Assembly: GCA_043228905.1 (NCBI GenBank) | Contig: JBHGNT010000011.1 | Location: 4,340,001 to 4,404,000, forward strand | Source: Azolla caroliniana | Lineage: Eukaryota > Plantae > Polypodiophyta | Direction of reading: 5' to 3' | Length of the DNA stretch: 64,000 nucleotides | Part shown: piece by piece, positions 14,290-27,399 of the stretch | Position numbering within the stretch: position 1 is the first letter of the stretch | Layout of the letters: each line of letters starts with the position of its first letter | Position numbers and translations under genes: made by a program | The notes under the pieces: model-generated | The model's input: the letters and a program-made list of their open reading frames with translations, nothing else | The model's database searches: none | Told to the model about the DNA's origin: nothing

Positions 14290-14994
14290 GCTAGTTGTGC
14301 TAGTTTGTCATACCTAAGTACAACAATATATGCTGCCATAAATGATGAGGTTTCTTTGTCTCTTCCTTGTGTGGAAAAAAATGAAAACACAACCATTACA
14401 TGAGTCAAAGAGAGACTAAATTGTCACAATAACAGACATAACTATTCTCCTCTTACAAGTTGTAGTTGTAGAATGTTATAACTTATAAGTAAACAAATAA
14501 ATGATCCATGAAACAAGCATTGCCATGTTACCTAATGACCCAAACCTTTATGTCTTAAACCATATTGGAAGCATAAAATTATGTACAGCCATTATTAGAC
14601 CCACAAATGGATATGAATTATGGGTTAGGCAGCAAAGGAAGAGACAAAGAAACCTCATCATTTATGGCAGCATATATTGTTGTACTTAGGTATGACAAAC
14701 TAGCACAACTAGCTTGTCTCTTCCTTTGCTGCCTAACCCATAATTCATATCCATTTGTGGGTCTAATAATGGCTGTACATAATTTTATGCTTCCAATATG
14801 GTTTAAGACATAAAGGTTTGGGTCATTAGGTAACATGGCAATGCTTGTTTCATGGATCATTTATTTGTTTACTTATAAGTTATAACATTCTACAACTACA
14901 ACTTGTAAGAGGAGAATAGTTATGTCTGTTATTGTGACAATTTAGTCTCTCTTTGACTCATGTAATGGTTGTGTTTTCATTTTTTTCCACACAA
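14290..14994. repeat. Self-nested inverted duplication (A, inv(AB), B) with 281-bp inverted arms
   Basis: 14367-14647 is the reverse complement of 14714-14994, and 14648-14713 is the reverse complement of 14290-14355. The mirrored ORFs 14501+ and 14860- have identical N-termini. Confidence 0.95.
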
Positions 14995-15482
14995 TGTAGA
15001 AATTGGCAACTATACAAAATAGACAGTGATGGCTAGAGAGTACACACTCAGGCAAAATTGTTCTACATTGATTCAATGTATTATTTACATGGCCAAATAG
15101 CTTGTTCATAGAGGCGAGTGCTCCAAAGTTAGAACTCTTCAACGAAGAGTTTTCTCTTTTAGATGAAGAGTTTTCCAATAAGTAACTATTTCATAATTGA
15201 TTAATTGTTTCTAATTAATAAATATAATATTTTAGCTTAAATATTTCGACACCCACCTTAAGCTAAATATTCTTTTCTCCAGAATTATTGTCGTTTGAAG
15301 AATAGTTTGGCATTGTCACACCAATGTTTTAACAACAAGTGATATACTGTGTTTGCGGTACTGGCATTCTTAGTAAAATCGGCCCACATAAGAATTGTAT
15401 GTGTGCATACTTCAAATCTAGCTTCTTCTCTTCGATTAAGTCTTGTAGAAAATGATGCTTCAAGGAAGAGACATGTTGAATG

Positions 15483-17301
15483 TGTTAGAATAATTAATAA
15501 TATATAAACATTTTAGTTTACCTATCTTAAGACTTTATTGTTAGAGGAAATAAATGTACCCTTTCCTATCATTTTAGATGAAGAGGTGCACATTTAGTAA
15601 CCTCTCATACCTCAACGTTTTGTAACCTCTCATACCTCAACCTGTAAGAAACAAACGATATGTATACAATATACAAAATTTCCCTCTCTCTCTCTCTCTC
15701 TCTAATTTCTCACATGGTATCAGAGCCAGGTTCATCACGTTAGGTAAGTGATTTGTGTTAGGAAATAGGTCCCTCTGGATGGGGAGAACAAGCCTTGGAT
15801 GGGGAAGAGTGCGAGTCGGATCGGAAGGGTCCAAAGGAGAAAGAGCTGGAACGGATATCGACGAACAAGGAGTCTATATAACAACTTTAATGAAGAGACA
15901 AAGGCGTATGTCCTCTAGAAGAAGATCAACATAATGTTTGGGAACAAGAATGTTGTCAACAGAGTCTCCGTATTCCGGAATATTGTGAGACTCCGGTACC
16001 AGGATGGCTCCAACATGGCAGAACATCTAAATGCCTTCCAAGGACTAATAAATCAACTATCAAACCATCTCTTTAGAAGTACCTCTTGCCAACGAGGTAT
16101 TAGCGCTATTGTTGCTGGGATCCCTTCTGGATAGCGGGGAAACACTGGTTGTCACATTGGGCAATGCCTGACCGGAGGGGAAGCATTTATCCCTAGAGAT
16201 GGTGAAGTCGAGCCTATTAAATGAGGAAGCTCATTGGAGGGACAAAGAGTCCATAACCAACCTGAAGGCCTTAGTCATAGAAGGTGACATGAACTGAGGA
16301 CGAGGCCGGAATAGAAGTCCCCAGAATCGGGAAAAGTTGGGGATGAGGTCGAAGTCGAGAGGAAGGCCCACATGCTTTTACTGTGGGAAGCCAGGGCACT
16401 TCTAGAAGAATTGTCGCACTTTCAGAAAGATAAAGGGGGAGCTGATGGTGCAGACCCGAAGAAAAATCCAAAACGAAAAGGCACCTCACCTATTGTGACA
16501 AGTGAGGAAGAACTGTTGCTGATCAATGAGCCGAATGAAGTAAACCTTGTCAGCGACGAAACAACATGGGTGGTCGACTCCAGAGCGTCGTTCCACTTGA
16601 CCCCGGTTCAGAAATGTTTCTCATCATACACAACCAAAGACCACAATTTTGTGAAGATGGGAAATGAAGGAGCATGCCGAATTGTCGGTATTGGAGATGT
16701 GTGTTTGTTAATGACAACCGTGTTGAAAGATGTGCAACACTTTCCAGAGTTTAGATTGAATCTGATATCAGCCGGTCGGCTGGATGATGAAGGCTACATC
16801 GGTAGCTTTCGAAACAACACGTTGAAGTTTTGTAAGGGAAACCTAATCGTGGCCCGATGTTAGAAGACAAACACATTGTATCTGATGCATGCCTGACTAT
16901 TCCGGGAGGAAGTAAATGTGGCAGCCGGCACAACTGGTGAGCTGTGGCACAAGAGGCTATGCCATATGCGTGAGAAGGGGATGCAGAAGCTTCTTGAGGA
17001 TAGCTCATTCTGGAGTTGAAGAATGAGCAACTTGATAAGTGCACTGATTGCTTGGCCAACAAGCAGAACAAAACCGCCTTCCAATGTAGACCCCCCCCCC
17101 CCCCCGATGAGAAAGAATGCACCATTGGAACTCGTGCACACGGGTGTATGCTACGTGGATACAAAGTCACATGCTAGTTCACAATATTTTGTGACCTTCA
17201 TCGATGATCGTAGCCGGAAGTTGTGGGCTTCTGTTTTGAAGATGAATGACTAGGTACTATCCATCTTCAAGGAGTTCCAAGCAAGGGCAGAAAGAGAGTT
17301 C
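15483..17301 (+). mobile_element. Truncated Ty1/copia (Tnt1-like): 5' LTR, PBS, decayed gag-protease-integrase
   Basis: LTR ~15483-15714 (TG..CA; the start could be 15474). PBS TGGTATCAGAGCCAGGTT at 15715-15732 is complementary to the initiator tRNA-Met 3' end. Zinc knuckle CFYCGKPGH, protease WVVDSRASFH, GAG-pre-integrase LWHKRLCH, integrase LELVHT..YFVTFIDD. Many stops; cut at 17301. Confidence 0.9.
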
Positions 17302-17560
17302 TGTTGTGAAAAGATTAACGTGTGGAAGCTTAATAGAACACAACTGGCTCATCTAGACAGTGTTGAGCAGACAACCTCAACATGATCCAGATCGACGGAA
17401 TAAGCTAGAGCCGGATTGAAAAAGAATACGTGCGGAAGCTTAACAGACACAATCGGGTAACAACAGACAAAAGACAAAGAAGATGAGGATCCGTATATCG
17501 TTGGTGCCACGATATACGGATATTCCACAAGAGAAAAGGAGAAAATTAGATACACATGCT
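17302..17560 (-). mobile_element. LTR fragment in opposite orientation
   Basis: Starts TGTTGTGAAAA exactly where the integrase frame breaks. Non-coding, LTR-like composition, with a 13-bp perfect inverted repeat at 17489-17521. Confidence 0.55.
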
Positions 17561-18760
17561 AGAAAAGGGATTTTCATTGGTTACAAATTATTTGATCTCA
17601 AGATAAGGAAATTTTGATTTAGCCGATCGGTTACATTCGATGAGGAGGATCTCTTATCAAATCTCCCAACCAAGATAGAACATTCTCATCAAAATATTAA
17701 TACAGACTTACTAATGCCTTTGGATATCTTGCATAGAAAAGAGTACAAAGGCCCTATTACTAGAGAATGAGTGCAAAAGCTTGATGAGGATTCAATCATT
17801 CAAAGTGAAGTAACACACTATCATCATCAAATTCTGTTTAAATCGAGTGTACGCCATTACCATCCAAATCAACCAAGTAAAGATGAAGATGGTGGACAAC
17901 AACAATCAAATTTATCAATAGATAAACTTCATCAAATGAACAACAATCATCTAACCCAATCCAATGAAGAATGACTAGCTACTCCAACTCATGTTTTGTT
18001 TTCTCTTGATATTTCCCCTAAAGTTGGCGATAATTTGAACAACCCCGTAGGAACTAATAAGGATGTCTCACATGCAAATTTCTCCAAGAACTCAATTCTT
18101 AGTGCTTCACCAAACTCAAATCTTAGAGTATTTTCAACAATTAAAATCAAGAAAACCTAAAATCAAAAGAAAATTTAAGAATATTAATGAACTTATGGAG
18201 AGTACTAAACCAATTAAAATGCTATTGGTTGATGTTGACAATAATGATATTGATGATGATCATGCTCAAGTTTTTTACTTAACACCAGAGAAGGCCCTTC
18301 ATGGTCCGGATGCTACAGTATGGGAGGATGCAATGCAAAGCAAAATGGATGCTTTAGATTGGAATAAGACTTGAACCTTAGTTCCACACCCCAAAGATCA
18401 AAATGCCATTTCATGCAAATGGATCCTTACCAAGAAAATTGGTGCCCAACCTTTGTTGTTGCTAGAGGATTTTCACAAATCTTGGGCATATATTTTAAAG
18501 ATACTTTTGCACCTACCTTAAAGATGATGCCTCTATGTTTAATGTTCTCTATTTCCACTACTTTATCCTCGAACTCCATCATCTCAACATTGAGACTGCT
18601 TTTCTATGTGGAGAACTCAAGGAGGAGATTTATATGGAGAAACCAAGTCATTTTTTAGATCCTCAATTTCCGGACTATGTTTGTAAACTCAAAAAATCAT
18701 TATATTGTCTAAAACAATCTCCGCAAATGTGGCATTTCAAATTACATACTTATCTTGTTT
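17560..18760 (+). mobile_element. Ty1/copia pol fragment (integrase end, linker, RT N-terminal half)
   Basis: WEDAMQSKMDALDWNKT, ISCKW, VARGFSQ, DTFAPTLK, TAFLCGELKEEIYMEKP, VCKLKKSLYCLKQSPQMW; frameshifted. Confidence 0.88.
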
Positions 18761-18769
18761 CCAACATGT

Positions 18770-20000
18770 CAACTAATTAGCGACTTCTCTTTAGCTAATA
18801 CTTTTGGTAGTTAGGTGTAACTACTTCTATGAAGTTATTTATCCACTACATGTGTTTTTCTACCACCTTAGCTGACAACTAAACATTGGTTGTAACTAGA
18901 CTATAGATTGGCAGTTGCTAATTAGCTACATCTTCACTAATTAGCTATTCTTCTTAAGTATGGTAGTAGCTAATTCGCTACCACTCTTGGTATTGCTTAG
19001 CTAATTAGTTATGAGATGTCTCTAATTAATTGTTATACTATAGATTGTCAGTAGCTAATTAGCTACCCATTAGCTACATCTTATAGCTAATTAGCTATTC
19101 TACTTAAGTATGGCAGTAGCTAATTAGTTACCACTCTTGATATTGCTTAGCTAATTAGCTGCTACACAATAGATTGGTAGTAGCTAATTAGCTACATCTT
19201 ATAGCTACTTAGCTATTCTACTTAAGTATGACAATAGCTAATTAGCTACCACTCTTGATGATGCTTAGCTAATTAACTACATTGTAGCTAATTAGATGCT
19301 ACACTATAGATTGGCAGTAGCTAATTAGCTACACCTTATAGCTAATTAGCTATTCTACTTAAGTACGGTAGTAGCTAATTAGCTACCACTCTTGATACTG
19401 CTTAGCTAATTAACTACATTGTAGCTAATTAGTTGCTACATTATAAATTGGGAGTAGATAATTAGCTACATCTTATAGCTAATTAGCTATTCTACTTAAG
19501 TATGGCAGTAGCTAATTAGTTGCTACATAATAGATTGGTAGTAGCTAATTAGCTACATCTTATAGGTAATTAGCTATTCTACTTAAGTATGACAATAGCT
19601 AATTAGCTATCACTCTTAATGTTGCTTAGTTAATTAGCTACATTGTAGCTAATTAGCTGCTACACTATAGATTGGTAGTAGCTAATTAGCTACGTCTTAG
19701 GTAATTACCTACTATACTTAAGTATGGCAATAGCTAATTAGCTAAATGACTCTTGATATTGCTTGGCTAATTAGGTACAACTTAACTAATTACCTACTAT
19801 ACTACATAACCACAATAGCTAATTAGCTACCACATTTTATACTACTTAGCTAATTAGCTACTACAGTTTATATTGCTTAACTAATTACCTGCAAATTAAC
19901 TAATTAGCTGCTACACTACTGAACCATAACAACTAATTAGCTATCACACTTTATACAGCTTAGCTAATTAGCTAAGATGTAACTAATTACCTACTACACT
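18770..20000. repeat. Tandem array built on the palindrome TAGCTAATTAGCTA
   Basis: Dozens of copies spaced ~20-35 bp apart. A higher-order unit of ~135 bp is marked by tagattgg-like words at ~18904, 19040, 19170, 19307, 19444, 19531 and 19668. Confidence 0.95.
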
Positions 20001-20029
20001 ATAGAGACAAGCAACAAATATACATGTCT

Positions 20030-21350
20030 GTTTTCTCCACTCACTAGGGAGAGTTGTATTGCATTCCCCCAAACAGCCTATAGTAGTGCGACATGCATAT
20101 GCAAAACAAGCGATATGGTATGTGCTGGCATGGTCGTAGGTGTACCAACAGGGTAGTAGTTTTTTCCTCTACGGCTAAGCCGCAAGCGATACAACGTGTT
20201 TGAACAATCAATATATTGTTGCCTAGTTCTCCTTCATTTGGTAAGGGAGCAAGAATGTTGAGGTCCAATTCTGTCTACTCTTTACCATCCCCTCCACAAA
20301 ATGTAGTTGCTTCTTAAGGCAACTAACTACCTGTTCTTGACGAGAGTATTGTTCCTACAACGCAGCCGAGAAATTTACCAATTTATCATTCTTTAATGAG
20401 GAAGATAGAACAACAAGAAACAAGAATCATTAACTAACGTGGAAGTTCTCCAAATTGTTATCAGCGATAGTGTTTACACCTAGAAGATCCAACTTCATTG
20501 AAAGAATGTGAATCTTCGTCTGCAGCTGTATTTTTTGCTAGGGATCTAGCAACCCCTCAATTTCAAGCTCATGTTGAGCAACATGTTCTAGATAATGCCT
20601 CACTGAGCACATTTTCATATACAAGTTATTTATAACATGTTACAAACTAGCAAAACAATAGCTACCTCAATCTTATTTCTGATTGTTGTCACTGCCAAAG
20701 TGACTTTGCTTTCCATCGCAGCAACCAATGTTCCTTTCTCTAAATCAGCCTTTGTTGCCTCCAATGTCTCACAAGCTTCATGGACATTTTTCATCATATA
20801 GCTAATCAATGTCTCACTTGTATCATCAACATTGGCTTTCATTGTGTTTCAGTGTGGTGTATACTTGCGGGTTTGTTGGGAGCCGATAGTTGCATCATTA
20901 ACTACCATGCTCCAGAATCTTGCCATCTTTTGTTGCAAGCTCCCCATCTCCCGACATCGTTCTACCAATGCCTCACCATACATAGCACAAGCTACCATGT
21001 ACATTTTTAGGGTTTGTTGCTTCCTTTGCTAATTTGCAATACTCGTATGCAAAAGCTCTAGCATATGCAACAGACAACTCGTTGTTGACCGGGATCTCTT
21101 GATGTACTTTCTGGTGGAGCCTCATGCAGTCCTCATACAACTCCGATCATACATGCTTGACCTTCACCTTGCCTTTCACTGTGGGCACTTTATAGACTGA
21201 CAACCAATCTACATCACTAATCAATTTATCAGTTAGAACAGTAGGGTCAATAACCTCTAGCGATAGACCATATATGTTGTTAAAGTCCTCATTTGTCTCG
21301 CAAAACTTTGCAAAGTTTAGGACTCTAGGATATGGAGGAACGAGCCACCT
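20030..21350 (-). pseudogene. Decayed gene with helical region and C-terminal RING-H2-like zinc finger (probably TE-borne)
   Basis: Joining frames on the minus strand gives RCIACG..LRPCQH/YHIACFAYACRTTIGCLGECNTTLP (C-x2-C..C-x-H-x2-H-x2-C..C-x3-C). Upstream open stretches at 20630-20842 and 21147-21350; stops and frameshifts are present. Confidence 0.55.
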
Positions 21351-21534
21351 TAAATAAAAAATCAATACATGTTAACTCTACCCCACAAGATGACATGTGT
21401 ATTTGCAATCATAATTGGTAGGGAAGAATCAAAAATAGAAAATCAGCCACATTCACCCAAATCCTAAATAAAGTTTGGGGGAAGTTTGTAGACACACAAC
21501 CATTGAAATCAGAAATGTGAATTGGTGCAAAATT

Positions 21535-21695
21535 CCAACCCTAAATTTGAAATTTTCAAAAGTAATCAGAAATCGACCGCTTAAAAAATCAAAAACCCTA
21601 ATCAAAAACCTTAATCAGAAACCCTAATCAGAAATCAACCACTTAAGGAAAACAAAACCCTAATTTGAAATATGAATGAAATCAACCCTAATCAT
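21535..21695. repeat. Cluster of telo-box motifs (AAACCCTAA)
   Basis: About six (a)aaccctaa(t) variants within ~160 bp. Confidence 0.7.
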
Positions 21696-21773
21696 AATTT
21701 TTGTCAATCAAAAACACACCTACTGCAACACGCCGATCTTCGAGACATACCTGGACGAGTATCGAAATGGTGG

Positions 21774-24700
21774 TGTTAGAGACATAGACTAATGTAAGCA
21801 TTAGATAAGTGTAACAGATTATGTGCGGAAGCAATAGAAAACCAAACACACAGAAAATACCCAGGTTTAATGGAGAGCTTGAGTATGCATAGTACATGGG
21901 AGAGACAGAGAGAGAAAACACAAGAAAATCAATTCAAAAAATACTAACTCTCTGTACATACATCGTGCTCAATGAGCAACTTTTATACAAGCCCTGACAA
22001 TGGGCTGACACAAGTACTGATAGTACTTGACTGCTCATAAATGAGCCTCGACACTTACTCCCAAAACTATTCCTTACGAGGAATATCTCTCTAACGGCCT
22101 TTCGGTTTACGTACCGATACGGCCTCTCGTTACACACCGGTTTGCGTATCCGTTTTATGCACCGGTCTAGCCTAACCGATCGGTCCCAACCGATCCGGTT
22201 CTTGGTTTGCACAGCCGATCTGGCCAATGTTGAGCTTGTATCTCAACACTCCCCCTCAACCTCAACTTGAGGTTCCATCCGCTCTTCCGGATCTACGTTC
22301 CAGTTCCTCCTGGCTCCACGCCTTCCTCGCGCTCCTCGACTCGTTCGATTCTGCGCGCCTCGACCCTTCCGGTCAGCTTGTTTGCTCACACGGCCCTTCT
22401 CAGCTTCCTTGCTGTTGCGGTGTTGGTGCCTCTTCTGCTGCCTTCTCTTCCGCTTGGCCCTTGGTTAATTCAGCGTATCCGAATCAAACATCCAAACCGA
22501 AGGTGCTGCTCGGTAGGTCACACCATGAATTAACTAATCACCCCGACCGGGTAGCTAAGATCTGGTTGAGTGATGGTCAAATATATAAGGCTTCCGACGA
22601 TCTATCGGAACCTCGTCGGGTCGCATACCTTTCCGGAGTCGGGGCGAAGCTTGACTGTTCTATTTAGAGGAGTCGAGACGGACTTATAATTTGTCATCCC
22701 GAATTTGAAGAGCATACTCAGTACGTAATGCCGTTAGCTGATCAATATGCTTTCGGGGGCGCGGATCACTTCAATACCGAGGAAGTAATGAAGGTCCCCC
22801 AGATCCTTCATGTTGAATGATGCCACGAGCTGGAGCTTCACGCGGTCAATCTCACCTAGGTCGGCATCGGTGATGACCAAGTCATCAACATAAAGTAAAA
22901 TACTAACTGGCCCGAGTCAACCTTTCCAGATGAACAATGAGGAGTCTGATTTTGACGTTGCAAAGCCCATCCGACGCAATCGATGCGTGATCTTCACGTT
23001 CCAGGCACATGGGGCTTGCCTTAGTCCGTAAAGGGACTTCTTCAATCGGCACACTGCCGAAGTGGTCGTTCCGGAGTGAAATCCGGGGGGCTGTACCATG
23101 TACACATGTTCCTCAAGCTCACCTTGCAAGAACGCATTCTTTACATCCATCTGATGTAAGTGCCACCCCTCTGCCGCAGCTACCGCGAGCAAAACACGGA
23201 AGGTCATCATCTTCACGATCGGCGCAAACGTCTCATCGTAGTGGATGCCGTGTTTTTGTGCGTAGCCTTTCGCTACTAACCGGGCCTTGTATCGGTTGAC
23301 CGAGCCGTCGGTGTTGTACTTGACCTTGTACACCCACCTACATCCGATCGGCTTCACACCTTTCGGTGCGTCAACCAGATCCCAGGTTTCATTTTCCTCC
23401 AATGCGTGCATCTCTTCCTCCATTGTGGCACGCCAATTCGTGTCCTTCGCCGCTTCTGCGTAGCTGTCCGGCTCATGTACTTCCTCCACTCGTGTCATGT
23501 ACGCGTAATGGTGCGCCATGTACTCATTATAACGGAACCGCACAATAGGGTTCTTCTGGCGGGTTGATCGGTGTAATTGATCATTAGCCGATGTTGAGGC
23601 TTTCTTGGCCGACGTGGACTTTGGTCTCGAAGACCCGTCGTCACTTCCCTCGGAGTCAGACTCGTGTCGATCCAACTCGTTCCTATCCGTGCCGTAATCC
23701 GACAACTTCTTCTTCCCTTTTTCTTTGCGTGTAAGCCGTCTCCTCGGCTTCCTGCGCGGGGAATGCACAAACCGAGTCTCCACTACTCGCCGACTCTTCA
23801 TCGGACTGGTCGAACCGACTCAGTCGTCCATTCGGTCCGCTTAACCGAAACAAAATCGGACTCTCTTCGCGGGTCCCGATTTCAGGCTCATCCGGAGGCA
23901 CCTCGGCCTCACTGACCTCATCATCAGAACTCGGATTGGAGGTGAGTTCCGGAGTCAGAGGCAAGTACCAAGACGCGGACTCGTCAAACACAACGTCGCG
24001 GCTCATGCGCGCTTGTTTGGTGCGAGGGTTATAACACTTATAACCCTTCTGCTCGTCCGAGTAACCGACCAAGATACACTTCTCGGCTTTTGCGTCCAAC
24101 TTTCTCCTTTTCTCCTTCGGTACATGCACATACGCAATGCTATCGAAAACTCTCAAGTGTCGTAGATTCGGCTTCCTTTTGAAATACTGCTCATGTGCCG
24201 ACACTTTTTCTCCGATCCAATTCTGGATGTATACTGTGCTTCGTACCGCCTCAGCCCAATAGAACTTGGGCAAGCTCTTTTCTTCTAGCATTGCCCAGAA
24301 ACAGTCAAAGACTTCACTCTTCTTCTCAATAAGGTAGATCCACGTGTGCCGCGTATAGTCGTCGATGAAGGAGACGAAATATCGACTCCTACCAAGACTA
24401 ACGTTCTGTGCCGGCCCCCATACATCGGAATGTATCAAGTCGAGCTTGTTCCGGCTCCGGTTATGCTCGTTAGGGAAAGGAAGTCGGTGTTGCTTCCCGA
24501 GTTGGCAGGCTTCACAAATTTGTGCCTTTCGGCCACTAAAATTTGGGCAATCCAAACACCACCTGTTTCGATTGCAGGTCCTGACGCTGTTGATAGTTGA
24601 TGTGGCCTATCCATTTGTGCCATAAGTCGATGTCCGACTCGACTTTTTGTCCTTTCGCGAACATTGCGGTGCCACCGTCACTAGAGTTGAGGATAAACAT

Positions 24701-26981
24701 CCTCCCGTCTCTACGCCCTTGCACAATAACTCAGCCATCTTCCTTGATGAAGCACCCAAGATGCGTGAACCGGACTTGCATCCCCTAGTCGACGATCTGC
24801 CCGACCGACACCAGATTCTTCGTGATTGTTGGGACGTGTAGCACGTTCATAAGTTTCCCTTTCTGCCCGATATGGCTCAAAGGAACTTCACCGACATTCG
24901 CGATCGGATGCGGAGTGTCGTCTCCGGTTGCGACTACTCCCGGTTGCATCAGTTTTTCCAGGTACGAGAACCACTCCTTGTGGCATGTCATGTGGTTTGA
25001 CGCGCCGGAGTCGACGTACCACACCTCCTCTGACTTTGGGGTGATCTTCTTCATCGAGTTTGCTTCGTGTCTCATCACGAAGACTAACCCTTTTTCGGCT
25101 TCTCCGGATCCTTCGGCGTAGTGCGATCGTTGTCGATTTCCTTTGTCGGTTTGTCCGGAACCTGATCCGGACCCGGTTCTCTCCGAATCGGCGCGCTTTT
25201 TCCAGCACTTGCTCTCCCTGTGGCCTTTCTTGTCATAGTACCAACATTCCGCAACGGATTTCCCTTGCCGGTTCTCGTTGCCTCGACTCCCCCTGTTTCC
25301 GGAGGGTCTGGAATTGCTATCGGCATCACTTCGGTGCCTTCTTCCTTGATCCCGTTGGCCGCCTCCATTGTGTACCTACTCGCCTCGTCCGCCACGACCA
25401 TGGGGCCTATCTCCCTCCGTGTACAACATCTTGCTGTCGGCATGCGTGCTTATCGACGCACTCGCGTGGTTCTCCTCTATAAGGAGCATTGACTGTAAGT
25501 TGAAAAACGACGACGTATTCTCCCGTGTACACACAACAGTTCGGAGCGCTCCAAACTTTGACGCCAGTCCCCTGAGATAGATTTGCATCATCTCGCCTTC
25601 CTCCACGTTCACATCGATGGAGGCTAAGGAGTCGCATATATCTTTGATCTTCAAGGTGTAATCGGCCACCGACAAGTCGCGTTGTTGTAGGTTGCTCAGC
25701 CCCTGCCGGAGTTGAAGCTTCATGGTTGTAGTGCTTGTGGCGAAAATCTTCCTCAGATTTCCTGAAGCATCCTTCGGCGTTTTCGCATCCTGAATGTAGC
25801 TTAAGAGTTGTTCGCCCACACAAAACGCGAAGCAGTACAGTACTCTGTTCGCCGACTGTTCCCAAGTCGGGAAGTCTTTGTGTGTTGATTCGGGTGCTGT
25901 GTCATTTGCTCCGTCGACATAGCTCCAGTAACCGTGTCCGAGCAGGTACTGGTGCATCTTGTAAGACTAAGACGCATAGTTGTTTTTGTCGAGCTTCTCT
26001 GTTGGAAGCGAGCTAGCCATGCCTCTATCCATCGGTTTTACCTATTCTTCTTGGTTGGTTTTTCTTTCAAGCTATGTCGGCTGCAGAGGTTCTCAACCCT
26101 CGCGCTCTGATACCATGTAAAAGATTATGTATGGAAGCAATAAAAAACCAAACACACAGAAAATACACAGGTTTAATGGAGAGCTTGAGTATGCACAGTA
26201 CGCGGGAGAGACAGAGAGAGAACACACAAGAAAATCAATTCAAAAAATACTAACTCTCTGTACATACATCGTGCTTAGTGAGCACCTTTTATACAAGCCC
26301 TAACAATGGGCTGACACAAGTACTGACAGTACTTGACTGCTCAGAAATGAGCCTCAACACTTACTCCCAAAACTATTCCTTACGAGGAATATCTCTCTAA
26401 CGGCATTTCGGTTTACGTACCGATACGACCTCTCGTTACGCACCGGTTTGCGTATCCGTTTTACGCACTAGTCTGGCCTAACCGATAGGTCCCAACCGGT
26501 CCGGTTCTCGGTTTGCACATCCGATCCGGCCAATGTTGAGCTTGTATCTCAACAATAAGGATAGAATAAAGATAAATAGATAGAAAGGAGAGAGAGAAAG
26601 AAGGGTGCCGATCCACCCGACCACCCCCGAGCGAAGGGATCGAGACGAACTCGAGCCTCGATCGGCGTCCCATACCACCGTCGTGGCGTCGAGTCATACC
26701 TGGTGTTGGTGCGCTTGCTACAAGAGTTGACCCATCACAAGACAGAGTCTCGACGTAGTCAACAAGATAATGAAATGAGGGTAGCTAGGCCTCTTATTTA
26801 TAGCGATACCCAAGGCCCCCAGGCAAGTTCACACTTGGCCTAATGGGTTGTCTCAATCCCGAGGATTTAAAAGTAATCCTCCCCTTCTTTACACTCTCGT
26901 TTAAGCCTCACAATTATCCACGTGTATAGAATACTACGGTAAATTCTCACCACGGGATATTATATGGGCATGCCCGTAATA
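21774..26981 (-). mobile_element. Probable gypsy solo LTR (~460 bp) split by the copia insertion
   Basis: Pieces 21774-21809 and 26560-~26981 share motifs (ccacccgacc; atgagggtagcta.gcctc.tatttata) with the chromovirus LTR at 47505-48156. Flanks are GGTGG/GGTTG (imperfect TSD). The right end is uncertain. Confidence 0.5.
21810..26554 (-). mobile_element. Ty1/copia with both LTRs, internally deleted
   Basis: 439-bp LTRs at 26116-26554 (5') and 21810-22248 (3'), TG..CA, about 28 mismatches by manual count. TSD ATAAG at 21805-21809 and 26555-26559. Met-i PBS at 26104-26115, PPT at 22249-22257. gag (YLLGHGYW), protease WYVDSGASNHMT, integrase IHSDVWGP, RT KPIGCRWVYK..LHQMDVKNAFL. Frameshifted. 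Confidence 0.97.
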
Positions 26982-27399
26982 GGTTGTGTGTTGGTGCTCT
27001 GAAGGTGCAATGTCGATATCAGAGTTTTTGTGTTGCTGCGAGAGCTTCGTCTGCGTTCGTGCTGAGAGTACTCCATCTGTTTGGATTTCGAACTCAAACT
27101 CAAGATTAGCAGGACTTTGGTGACATTCAACTTGAGTTTAGATGAGGGCATTGTTCCCCAAGTTCCACTACGTCAGAAATCAAAGTTCAAAATTTTGAGT
27201 ATTCCCATAAATGACCTATTCACCACAATAAATGACATGTATTTAAGTAATAAAGCATAAAATGTCGTAAATGACCCTTATGATTTGCCCACGAAAAACT
27301 AGCTAAACAAATAGCTAAATAGCTATGGCCATTTTAGCAGTTAATTAGCTATAATAGAGTTTCCATTCCCATGCTTTTACCTTTAATGCTTAGCAATGT

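Noticed and set aside
14501-14860. Two ORFs with identical N-termini on opposite strands
   Set aside because: A by-product of the inverted duplication; no recognisable protein motif.
21535-21695. Interstitial telomere or chromosome fusion scar
   Set aside because: The motifs are single, spaced telo-boxes, not tandem TTTAGGG arrays.
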